Notes under the pieces: generated by a model
Database searches by the model: none
What the model saw: the letters and a program-made list of their open reading frames with translations, nothing else
Told to the model about the DNA's origin: nothing
Shown: in pieces, positions 44,026 through 54,382 of the stretch
How positions within the stretch are numbered: position 1 is the stretch's first letter
Layout of the letters: every line of letters starts with the position of its first letter
Program-made: the position numbers and the translations under genes
NCBI RefSeq assembly: GCF_000142905.1
Contig: NW_013657618.1
Span: forward strand, 149,086 to 213,085
Origin: Thecamonas trahens ATCC 50062
Lineage: Eukaryota; Protista; Apusomonadida
Direction: 5' to 3'
Length of the DNA: 64,000 nt

Positions 44026-45996
44026 ATGGGTAGAGAGACGCGAGGAAGGAATGGCGGGGAAGAGCTCGGCAGAGCAGGAGGCAGAGGTGGAGGCGGTGGA
44101 GGCGGACGGTTCGACCTGGCAGCAGCCAAGGAGACGGCGCGGCAGCACTTGGACGCGTTCATCGGGCCGACCTTCCTCGCCCTCTTCCACACATCGGCTC
44201 TGGACAAGTTCCTTATGCTCATCCTGAGATACTCGGTCGCCGTGGTGCAGGCTCCGCCCATGCCTGCCAAGGTCATGTCAGAGCTGCTTCGCATCGTCGG
44301 CATGCACTACGCAGAGCTGCTGCGCATGCCCAGATCGGCTCTGGAGGACCAACGCCGGGCTGCTGCCCATGCTCATCATCGCCGCTCGGCTATGTCCAGT
44401 CGCCTTCTCTCATCTCGCCCAGAAAGCGGTCGGAGAGGCCGGAGACCGGACCGTGGTGCGGCGTCGGGCTCGGCGCTGTCGTCGACGCGACGGACGACGT
44501 CGCCGTTGCCGCTGCTGCTGCGATCGAACATCACCCACAAGGCGCTGATGACACACGGCGGGGGCCGTAGCGGTGGCGCCGGTGGCAGCAGTGCTCGCCA
44601 CTTCTCGTCCGCCCGGGCTGATGGTGGACATGTTCGTGGCAAGGTTGTGTATGATGTCTACCGGTCGCCCATGCTCCCGCCGTTCTTCCAGAAGGCCGAG
44701 CAGGAGCGGGTCTTCTACGAGACACTGTACAACTTTGTGGTTCGGCTGGTGGTCTTTGTCTTCAATCCGGCGTACACGGCCTCGCTGGCGACCGAGCTCA
44801 ACCGGCTATTCCGGACCTCGATGTTCAACGCGCGCCAGCCAGCGCTTCCGCCGCCGGACGCCGACGATCCTGTGGCGACGGCGAAGCGGCTGCACTCGTG
44901 GCGCCAAGGCCGCGAGGCGCCGTTCCAGACTTTGTTGGAGAAGTTTGAGAGCACGGTAGTCAAGGGCTCGGGCGGGATGCCCTCGCTGGTGGCACCGTCG
45001 TCGCGCTTCCTCGACGCCGTTCCTGTCCGCAAGGTTATCCACATGCGGTCTCCACTGGTGGCGGCCTTCCTCCCCACCCGCGCTGAGCGCATCAAGGCCG
45101 CTGAGGCCGAGACGCGCGAGATCACCCGCCGCGAGGCCCGCGAGGCCCGCAAGCGCCGCCGCATTGCCCACGATCGCCGCCGCCGTCGCAAAAGGACAGC
45201 CCGCCTCGAGGCTGCCGCCCGCAAGGCCGCAGCCGTCAAAGCCCGCAAGGCCGCCGCCATCTCGGCGCTCACCGGCGGCGCCTCGGCCCGTGCGCCCGAT
45301 GCACACGACGCCGCCGACGGCGACGACCAGTACTCGTTCGACTCGCAGGTCAACGACTCGTCACTCTCCGGCTCGTCGTCGACCTCGTCGGCCTCGTCGT
45401 CGTCATGGTCCTCCTCCGAGTCGAGCCTCGCCTCGGCGGTCTGGGCCAAGGTTCCGTTCCGTGACGAGCTTGGCGACGCCTGGTACGATGGCCTGTACTC
45501 GACCGACGAGCTCAGCGTCCGCATCAACTACGTCAACTCGCGCGCCATAGACGTTCTCCTCGCTAGCCAGAAAGGCAAGCCCAAGTCTGGCGGGGCGAGC
45601 CTGACCTCTTCAAGCGCTGCCGCCGGAGCCGCTGCCACCGGAGCCGCTGCCTCGGCCAAAGACAGCTCGAGCGGCCGGCAGAGCTCTCTGCCGCGGCTTA
45701 CCGAGGTACGGACGGCCTCACTCCGTGGCTCGCGGTCGCGCCCGCTCCACAAGCGATCACTTGTCCGCGGACCGGCCGCGCGCAAGGTCTCCGGCTCTGG
45801 TCTGATCTCGGACGCGTCAATCGCCTCGCTCTCCCAGTCGCACGCCTCGCACGAGGAGCGCAAGCGCCGGACGTCATCAGCCGCCGCCGGCTCCATCGAG
45901 GTCGACCTCCTCGCCGCCCTCAAAAAGGCCAAGCTCAGGCGCGAGGAGACGCTTCGTACCTCAGCCATCGAAGAAGTCGCAGAATTGTATCTGTAG
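44026..45996 (+). CDS. PPP1R36 (PP1 regulatory subunit 36)-like protein
   Basis: LDKFLMLILRY; GMHYAELL; ERVFYETLYNF....VF......ELNRLFRTSMFN; RSPLVAAFLP resemble the PPP1R36 family. Confidence 0.7.
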   Translation: MGRETRGRNGGEELGRAGGRGGGGGGGRFDLAAAKETARQHLDAFIGPTFLALFHTSALDKFLMLILRYSVAVVQAPPMPAKVMSELLRIVGMHYAELLRMPRSALEDQRRAAAHAHHRRSAMSSRLLSSRPESGRRGRRPDRGAASGSALSSTRRTTSPLPLLLRSNITHKALMTHGGGRSGGAGGSSARHFSSARADGGHVRGKVVYDVYRSPMLPPFFQKAEQERVFYETLYNFVVRLVVFVFNPAYTASLATELNRLFRTSMFNARQPALPPPDADDPVATAKRLHSWRQGREAPFQTLLEKFESTVVKGSGGMPSLVAPSSRFLDAVPVRKVIHMRSPLVAAFLPTRAERIKAAEAETREITRREAREARKRRRIAHDRRRRRKRTARLEAAARKAAAVKARKAAAISALTGGASARAPDAHDAADGDDQYSFDSQVNDSSLSGSSSTSSASSSSWSSSESSLASAVWAKVPFRDELGDAWYDGLYSTDELSVRINYVNSRAIDVLLASQKGKPKSGGASLTSSSAAAGAAATGAAASAKDSSSGRQSSLPRLTEVRTASLRGSRSRPLHKRSLVRGPAARKVSGSGLISDASIASLSQSHASHEERKRRTSSAAAGSIEVDLLAALKKAKLRREETLRTSAIEEVAELYL

Positions 45997-46140
45997 CCGT
46001 CGCAGTGGCCTCGAATGAACAGCTTGGTGCCGATCGGGCGGGAGCAGCCGTAGGGCGGGCGGGAGCAGCCGCAGGGCAGGCAGAGTGGCGACGGAGACAT
46101 CGAGGTACGGAGACACCTCTCCTGAGCGGAAGACTCTGGC

Positions 46141-47562
46141 ATGAGAGCTGTCCACTCGCTAGCGATAAGCATGTTCACCTTGCTGGCTCTGGTTGTTACA
46201 GCGAGCTCGGGTGACGGCTCTACCGCTCCAAGGAGCTCGCCATGTGTGCGGTTCCCGTCGCGGGACGGCGTGCCGCTCTCGCCGGACCAGTGGCGGGCGG
46301 AGCTGGCGAGCGCGGCTGAGGCGGCGCTTGCGGCGGCGGCCGGGAGTGGGTATATGTTTGAGACCGACGGCGGCAAGAGTGCACATGCAGTACACGTGCC
46401 ATGCATCGACGGATCGAGCATTCCGACCGGTCTGGACGCACTTGACGTCGGCCGATCGCTCGGCTTCCCCATCAAGTTCACCTCGCTTCCGGTGGGCGCG
46501 CTCACGCCCGAGGCCATGGCGCCCGATGGCGGGTTTCCGGTTGCGGTCGGTGTGTACGAGGTGAACGAAGGCCAGAGCATCAAGTACTACTTCCCGGACG
46601 CGCCGCTGGCTAGTGAAGGGCTGGTCGATGGTGACACTGCGGCGCGGGCGGGTTTTATGACCGCGCGCAACGTGAGCAAGCGCGATGTGGCTCGCCGCGC
46701 GTTTTTCCATCCGCCCGAGCTGGAGCGAGCGCGGTATCTCGCAGTCCATCCGCGCGCGCTGGCGCTGGTGGGAGACGAGATGCCAGCGCTGGACGTGCTG
46801 GCGCCGGGCGAGAGTCGGGCGCGTGCGTTGCAGCAGGCAACGGTGTGGATGGGTTCTGCAGGCGTGGTGGCGCACAGCCACTACGACCTCGGCCACAACA
46901 TGTACGCACAGCTGTATGGATCCAAGACGTTTCATCTTGCGCCGCACAGCGCGGTGGATGCACTGGGCGGCGCGTACGCGGCACTGCATCCGGGCAAGCG
47001 CATCGCCCGCGGGCAGCCTGTTCTGGGGCAGTTCCCGCTCGTCGCCGCGCTCGCTGCCGCCGATGTGCTCTACATGCCGCCGATGTGGTGGCACTCTGTC
47101 CGTGCCGAGACCCCGTCGATCTCGGTCAACGTGTGGCATGCTGATGCGGGCGTGGGCGGGGCGCGCGTGGCGAGCGGGCCGCGCGGGCGGGCTGCGCTGC
47201 GCCAGTGGGTGCTCGAAGTTCTGGCCGGCGTCGGCGCGTCGCCTGCTCTCCTTCGAGCGCGGTACACCGAGCCGAGCGTGGGCGGCAGCGCGTGGCGGGA
47301 GATCGCGTGTCCGGAGACGCGTGCCTCTATCGTGGCGACAACAATGGCTGCGCAAACGGTCGCCGACTGCAAGGCTGTGGGCGGCGCCGCGGCTGCCGGC
47401 TCGCTCGTGAGCTCCGAGGCGATCCGAGCCGACATTGCGGCAGCGGCAGCGCGGACAACCGCGCTAGACGTCATCGAGCGCAGCATCTACGCTGTGATGG
47501 GTGACGCAGCTGCCGTCGGACCGTTTATCGCCTGCTTGGAGGCAGGTCATGACGAGTTGTAG
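46141..47562 (+). CDS. JmjC (cupin-like) 2-oxoglutarate dioxygenase with signal peptide and C-terminal HDEL
   Basis: VWMG..G..AHSHYD..HNMYAQLYGSKTF; DVLYMPPMWWHSV; SISVNVW; ends GHDEL*. Confidence 0.9.
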   Translation: MRAVHSLAISMFTLLALVVTASSGDGSTAPRSSPCVRFPSRDGVPLSPDQWRAELASAAEAALAAAAGSGYMFETDGGKSAHAVHVPCIDGSSIPTGLDALDVGRSLGFPIKFTSLPVGALTPEAMAPDGGFPVAVGVYEVNEGQSIKYYFPDAPLASEGLVDGDTAARAGFMTARNVSKRDVARRAFFHPPELERARYLAVHPRALALVGDEMPALDVLAPGESRARALQQATVWMGSAGVVAHSHYDLGHNMYAQLYGSKTFHLAPHSAVDALGGAYAALHPGKRIARGQPVLGQFPLVAALAAADVLYMPPMWWHSVRAETPSISVNVWHADAGVGGARVASGPRGRAALRQWVLEVLAGVGASPALLRARYTEPSVGGSAWREIACPETRASIVATTMAAQTVADCKAVGGAAAAGSLVSSEAIRADIAAAAARTTALDVIERSIYAVMGDAAAVGPFIACLEAGHDEL

Positions 47563-47772
47563 CAAACATGCGCAGAGCGATCACAGCATCGGCATCGGTC
47601 TGTGTCTCGAGTGGTCGAGTGGGCGAGGCTGGCACGGACAGGCAGAGCGACATGGCGAACGGCGGACAAGTGGTGCCGCCGTGGGAAGATGGGACGGTCG
47701 CGGTCTCTGGTGAGCGGCTTGCACTTGACTGAAGGGCAAGCCAGGAAGGAGAAGAAACTCGCCGCGCCAGTC

Positions 47773-48912
47773 ATGTTTATGGCACACTTTGGCATGGGCT
47801 TTGTACGGACGGGGGGGTTGGGCAGGGAGGGAGTGAGGGAGCGAGGGAGGGGAGGAGGGGAGGGGAGGGGAGGGGAAGGGGAAGGGGAAGGGGAAGGGGG
47901 ACTGACTGGTTTGGTGTTGTGGACATGGGCGTGGGCATGGACATGGGTATGGGTATGTTCTTGATGTGTGCGATGGTGTTTGTCGTCGTGGTGCTGGTCG
48001 TCGTCGTGGTGCTGGTTGTCGTTGTGGTGCTGGTCGTCGACGTGGTGCTGGTCGTCGTCGTGGTGCTGGTCGTCGTCGTGGTGCTGGTCGTCGTCGTGGT
48101 GCTGGTCGTCGTCGTGGTGCTGGTCGTCGTCGTGGTGCTGGTCGTCGTCGTGGTGCTGGTCGTCGTCGACACCTCCGCTTGATCTCGGGGTGCTTTCTCG
48201 CTCTCTACAGCTGGCCAAAGTGATGCATCAGAAGCTGAGTCTCGGTCAGTGCATGGCTGTAGCCATCGCCCCGGACATGCTGTTCTATCTTGCGGTGATG
48301 GCTACGTCACGGGAGTCGCTGGTATACAACGGGTCGCTAGCCGGCAAGTCGCTGCCTTTCACCTACACGTTTCCGGTCTCGCACTCGCTGGGCGTCATGA
48401 TGGCACTGGCGCTGACGCTGGCGGTGCTCGCCAAGCGGTACAGCGCCCGTGATTTGACAGTCGCACTCGGCCTCGCACTCTCGCACTTTATCCTCGACGG
48501 GCTCTCGCATCGCGACCCGCTACCGCTGGTGCCGTGGGCGCACTCGCCCGGACTCGACGTGCTTGGCTGGGGGCTGGTGGACAAGCGCCTACCGCTGTTC
48601 TTTGGCGAGCTCACGCTGTTCTTTGCCGGCTACATGGCGTACGACTCGATCACCCATGTACACCACTCGTCGGTCCGGTCGCTCGCCTTGCACAAGCCGA
48701 GCGGCTATCCCCCGCTGCACTACCTCATCGCCGCGGTTCTTTTCATCCACTGTTTCCTCATGTCTGGCCCTGTGAGCGAGCATGTCGATCCACGCCTCTA
48801 CACCTTTGTCCTCGGCCTCCTCACCATTCTCCCCATTTTCCTCGCTACTCTCGTCGACCAAGGGCGCGTCTCTGATATCGTGCTCTCCGAGGCCGACCAC
48901 AAGATCAGATGA
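47773..48912 (+). CDS. Bacterial-type membrane-bound metal-dependent hydrolase-like protein (YdjM-like motifs); intron 47803-48210
   Basis: Spliced MFMAHFGMGFLAK; APD, SHSL and SHFILD motifs; multiple TM segments; GTACGG..CAG phase-0 intron. Confidence 0.75.
47983..48170 (+). repeat. Intronic 18-bp tandem repeat (GTGGTGCTGGTCGTCGTC), about 10 copies
   Basis: Read directly. Confidence 0.95.
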
Positions 48913-49493
48913 CCGATCGCGGTCTGCCGCGCTGCTACTTTTGCAAACGCTAAAGAGTGTTGATCGATTGAGAAGGAGGGCTCGTCCCCTCTGTGTGTGT
49001 GCTTGCAACTGCCGAAAAACGCTGATCATCCGTCGCGACATTTCTGCACCGTTTGAATCACCTCCCAGCGGACACGCAAGCCCCCGTCATCCCCTCCCCT
49101 CCCCTCTACCCTTGCAAACCCACCCACTCACCCCTTGAGCCGCCCGTTTTGAGCCTGGCCAACTGCGATGCACCCGTTTCTCGCCATCTCATCTGATCAC
49201 GATCACAATCACTCACGATCATGATCGTGATCAGGATCACGATCAAGAGCGCGATTGTGATATCGCCCACGTCCAAGTCCAAGATGACCGCCACAATAGC
49301 GATCAACCTCCCCCGACGCCCCCCCCCCCTCCTCCCCCCCCTCCTCTCTCCCCCCCTTCCCCGCCCCTCCCCTCCCCCCTCCCCTCCCCCCCCTCGCCCG
49401 CCCCTTTGGTATCGACTTCTCAACGACCCGCTACGATCGCCAGCGAGGGCGACCACCTCGGCCCGTCGCACACCGCACTCGCCCAAACTCAGC

Positions 49494-50190
49494 ATGGACG
49501 CTGTTGTGGACTTTGCCACCGAGTACTACGCCGACGCCAAGCGGCTGGTGAACAAGTGCGAGAAGCCCGACACTCGCGGTACGTGAGCACGATAGCTTTG
49601 ACCACGTCATGGTATACTTTTTGAATGGTCTGGTCTCTTTGCAGAGGGTGTGGGCGTGAGTATGGCCATGGTCAACTCGCTGGTGACAATGTGACCTCCA
49701 AATTTCATTGCCGTTTGCCCTCGCCCTCCCCCGCCCTCCCTCCCTCCCCCCCTCCCCCATGGCCATACCACAGCCACCCCCACCCACCCCCCACCCACAT
49801 ATCCATAAGGTATAACTCCCATGTGTAACCATGAGTATATGTCATCCGTGTCATCCCCCTCCCCCCTCCCCCCCACCCCGCTCTCCACAAAGGCATCCCC
49901 CCCCCCCACCGCCCACCTCTGCCAAAGCCCCGTCTGTCTGTCTGTCTGTCTGCCCAAGAGTCATGGGCTGGGAAGACTTCCCCCCCCCCCACCCCACCCC
50001 ACCCCTCCCCACGGGCATGGATGACAGAACAACCACCACCACCTCAACCACTTCCATCACTCACCTGCTGTGTACAGAGCTCAAGAAGGTGTTTGTTGCC
50101 ACCGGCATTGGCTTTGCTGCCCTCGGCGCCATCGGCTTTGTTTGCAAGCTTGTCTTCATTCCCATCAACAACATCATTGTCGGTTCGTAG
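49494..50190 (+). CDS. SEC61G: Protein transport protein Sec61 subunit gamma; exons 49494-49578 and 50078-50190
   Basis: [46 protein letters not shown]; GTACGT..CAG phase-1 intron. Confidence 0.97.
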
Positions 50191-50740
50191 ATGGATGGCG
50201 TGGCTCTCGGATGAGATTGATGCACGTTGTTGTGTGTGGTCTGGTCTAGTCTGGTCTGGTTTGGTCTGGAATGGTGTGGTTTGATTTGGGATGGTGTGAT
50301 CTCGGTAGCGGCCCTGGTCGGGTTTGGCGGGCTTGGCTTGACTTGACTTGTCTTGCCCTGTCCTACCTCGCCCTTCCCTGCCCTGCCCTTTCCTGCTCTC
50401 CTCCGCCCCGCCCTACTCTCGCTCCTGGTCTCTCTAGACACGCACTCGCGCACACATATGCTTGCACACGCGCTCGTGTCATGTCTAGGCAGACCCCCAT
50501 CACCCCCCACCACCCCAACCCTCCCTCCTCCCCATCCATCCTCGCACTCTGAACCTGTATCAAACTCGATGAAGCCCCCTCTCCCCCCTCCCTCCATCTC
50601 CCCTTGCCCTCCTCCTCGCCCTCCACAATCGTTCGTTCTGTCGTTGTAAGACACCTGTCTGACACCCACGCGGCCACCTTCTCTCTCTCTCGCCCCCTCC
50701 CCCCCCCCCTCCCCCCTCCCCCCCCCCTCCTCTCCCTCAT

Positions 50741-53700
50741 ATGTGGGCACGAGTCGAAGTCGCAGTCCTCCGGGCTCGCAACCTTCCTGCCATGGACCGG
50801 TCGGGAACGTCTGACGCGTTCATGGCTGCGCATTGGTCGACGTGTCGCTGTGGGGTGCAGCAGACAGGACTTCGCTCGTTGGCGAACATGGTGGCCGACT
50901 CAAGTTCAATTGATGGAATTCGCTCACGATCAGCAAGCCTCTCAACTGGATCGTCGGGCTTGCTAGCGGGCTCGGCAGCTGTTGGCTCGCCAGAGAAGGA
51001 GAAGAAGGACAAGAAGAAGAAGAAGAAGAGGAATCGCGGACGGACGCTGTTTGAGCTCTCCAAGAAAGAGCGGAAGAAAGCGCTAAAAAAGTGGAGAGCG
51101 GCGCAGGCTCCACCTTGCCGGCCGGCCGCTCGTCGACCATCAGCAAGTCGCTCTGCCCTGTGTGGGACGATGCCATTTTTGTTCCACTCGCCGAGGGCGG
51201 CGAGCTCCCGTTCTCGCCCTGGATTGACGGGTCGGCCTCGGCGGAGCGCCACTCGTGCGGCAAGATTGCGCTCGAGTGCTGGGATGCGGATCGGATGTCC
51301 AACGGGCTCATCGGTGTGGTCGAGCTCGACACGCTCCACTACCCGGTCTCGGACTTTGGCGCCATCACGCGCTGGATGCCGCTCAAGACGAGAACGGTGG
51401 TCGGCGAGGGCGAGGAAGCGCACGAGGTCCTTCGCCGCGGCCAGGGCGAGATCCTTGTTCGGGTCCAGCGGTTCCGCGGCTCGCCGGTGACGCCCGAGAC
51501 TGGCGCGCTCGCCGAGTGGCTCTTTACCCAGCGACCGGCGACGCTGCCGAACCTCGCTGTCGACATTGCCGCTCATTCGGATGTGGTCTTTGACGTCGAG
51601 CCGGAGGCCGGCAAGGCCTCGCTGCAGCTGCGGTTTGATCCGCACGCCGGCGGCAAGCGGGTTCGCAAGGCCGATCTTGCGCTGCTAACCTCGGTCCTCC
51701 TCCCACGCGCCGCCGCTCCGCGCCTCCTCCACGCCTTTGACCAGTACTTTACGGGGCTCGATGAGGGCGACGTGGGCTCTGTGGCGCGCGGCGTGGCGCA
51801 CCTCCTGGGCGCCGGCGTCCTGCCCGAGTCTGGCGCCATTGTCTCGCTCTTCAAGACCCTTTCGGTTGACATGGCGTTTCCGGCGCTCAAGGAGCTGTTT
51901 GACGCCGTCTACGAGTCTTTCCCCTTTGTGGTGGCGCCCGAGTGGGATGTTGAGGTCTCTTTTGATCGCCATGCCGTCGTCGTCTTGCGAACGTTCCGGG
52001 CCAGCTCTGCCGCACCCGACACACTCCCGTTCTCTTTTGCGGCGACGCAGGAGGTTGTCTTTGACCAGTCGGTCTCGCGGCGGGTGTCGACCAAGGTCTC
52101 GGTCGACCCGGCGTCGATGGAGCTTGACGGCATTGGCTCCAAGTCGCTGCGGATGTCGCTTGCCAACGTGCTTGCCGAGTTTGTCGACCCGGTCGCCATC
52201 TTTATGCCCATCTGGGCCCGCTCGTTTGCAGATCCGTCGTCGCTGGTGGCGCGCGACATTCCACGGCTTGTCGACAACATCTCGGTGGCGGTCAGCGAGG
52301 ATATGGTCTGGTCGCGGGCTGCCGTGAGCGAGGACGGCGCACACGGGTTGTCCGGCAACGCGGCATGTGTGTACTCGCTCATCAAGACACTGGCGACTGC
52401 GCTCGACGGCGAGGCCGCTGGTCTCCGCGGCGCCGAAGCGTTGGCGATCGAGCTCGCCCACCCGTCGCGGCAGCTGGCCGACTCACTCCTGGCGTGGCTG
52501 GTGAGCGAGGAGGCGCGCGGCGCGCTGCCGCGGAGCCTGGCGGTGCTAGCTACGCTGACGCAGGACATTCTCATTCCTGGCGTGCGGATGATGCGCGACG
52601 CGGTGTATGAGGCCTTTCCGTACCGTGACTACCGCGGCAGCGAGCACCGGGCGTGGGCCATCAGCATCGAGCTGCCTGCGGCCAACGGCCCGGCTGCGCC
52701 TGTGACGGTTGTTCATCAGCGACGCGAGCAGTCGCATGCCGCTGACGATGGCGAGTACTTTGAGCTCGCGTGGTCGCTCCGGCTGGAGCTCGCCGGCGAT
52801 GGGCTGCGGACTAGCCTTCGACCGGAGCTCCGGGTGTACGACGTGGTGTTCACGGAGCGGACCCACGGCGAGGTCTCGCGCAAGCTCCTCGACGTCGTCC
52901 GGCCGCTCTGCTCGCTCACTGATCTGCAGCGGCAGGTCTTCTCCCGCGAGCGGTCGTCGTTCATTGACTTGCTCTACATCCTTGACGGGCTGCGGGTGGT
53001 CGACATCCACGGGCGCGAGCTGTTCGAGTTCCCCATGCCGGGCTTTGGCGGCTCGACCTCGCTCGAGTCGCTGCGGCGGCTGCTGCGAATCCTCCTGCAG
53101 CGGCTCGACGGAAGGTCAGCCAACGAGCTGGCCGCTGTCGACGCCGCCGTGGCGAGCGTCTCGCATCTAGAGGCGCTCAAGGCTGTCGACGAACTGGTCG
53201 TTGGCTCGCCGCTTCTTGCGAGTACAAAGACGTACGACGTGCTCAAGCTCCTCCTCGCACCGAATCTCGTGCACTGCGCCATGACGCTCCGGGCCCAGCT
53301 CTACGACGCGCACCCGTACATGGATGCCAAGGGCTCGAATGGGTATGCCATCACGGTGGTGCTCGCGCCCAACGAGGTGGTCCATGTCATCCAGGCCAAG
53401 AAGCAGCGCGCGTATGACGCCGACGAGAGCCAGTTCTTTGAGTTTGGCTGGGCGCTCTCGCTGCGGCTTGCCGGCACCGACCTTCGCGCCGCGTTTTCGC
53501 TCCTCGACATCACCTTTTCGCCGCACACCTCGACCCACGTCCGACAGTCGCTCAAGTCGCGGTTGCGGCGGATCGCCAAGACCCGCCCGTTTGGCTGCTC
53601 GCAGTCTGACGATGGCCACATCGATCCACGGACGTATCTCACGCCGGTCGCCGACCACCTCGGCGTATCGTCGGTCCGGCCTTTTCCGCTCCTTTACGTC

Positions 53701-54153
53701 CTCCGCTCGCTCCGCGACTGCCTCCCCGACTCGTTTGCGCTTGACGGCGACGAGCCGTTCCATCCCATCGGCGGGCGCGCACTGCTCGACGTCGTCACCG
53801 ACGCGCTCGAGGGCCTCCGGTTCATCCCCTCGGTCTACCTCGACACCGGCGCCGACTCGGCGAGCGACCTCGGCTCGATGTTCTCGGCGCTCCGCGAAGC
53901 GCTAGCAGCGTCGGCCTCCAGCGACGACGCCCCGGTCCATGCCAACAGCCTCGGCGATCCCCCCACAGCGTCGACGGTCTCAGCCGCCTCGTCTACCGCC
54001 TCGACACACTCTGCATATTCGTCTGCCACAGACCCGGGCTCGGCCGCGTCGTCCGGCTCAGCCGCGTCGTCGGCCTCGTCCTCGGGCACCAGCTCAGACT
54101 CGGACTCGTCGCTATCAGGCTCATCGCCGCAGATCAAGAGCCGCCAAATGTGA
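50741..54153 (+). CDS. C2-domain protein with three divergent copies of an alpha/beta domain; -1 frame break at the A run 51085-51090
   Basis: First half of C2 (VEVAVLRARNLPAMDRSGTSDAF) is in the 50741 frame; second half (RSSTISKSLCPVWDD...LECWDADRMSNGLIG) is in the 51091 frame. Confidence 0.8.
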
Positions 54154-54382
54154 TTTCATGGTGTCCATACGGCCCTTGCCATCTTTCTCTCTCGCATTTT
54201 TTCCCCCTTCCCTCCCTCCCTTCCCTCCCTGCCAGGCGTGCCCGTGATGACGCCACCATTAGCGACCGATGCTCCGCCGCAAACTGCCGCATTTCTGATT
54301 TTGGACCACCGGCGGCGCCCAACCACCGGGGACGACGACCAAAGCCCAAGACACGCGACTCTACAGATCAAGGCCCCTAGAG

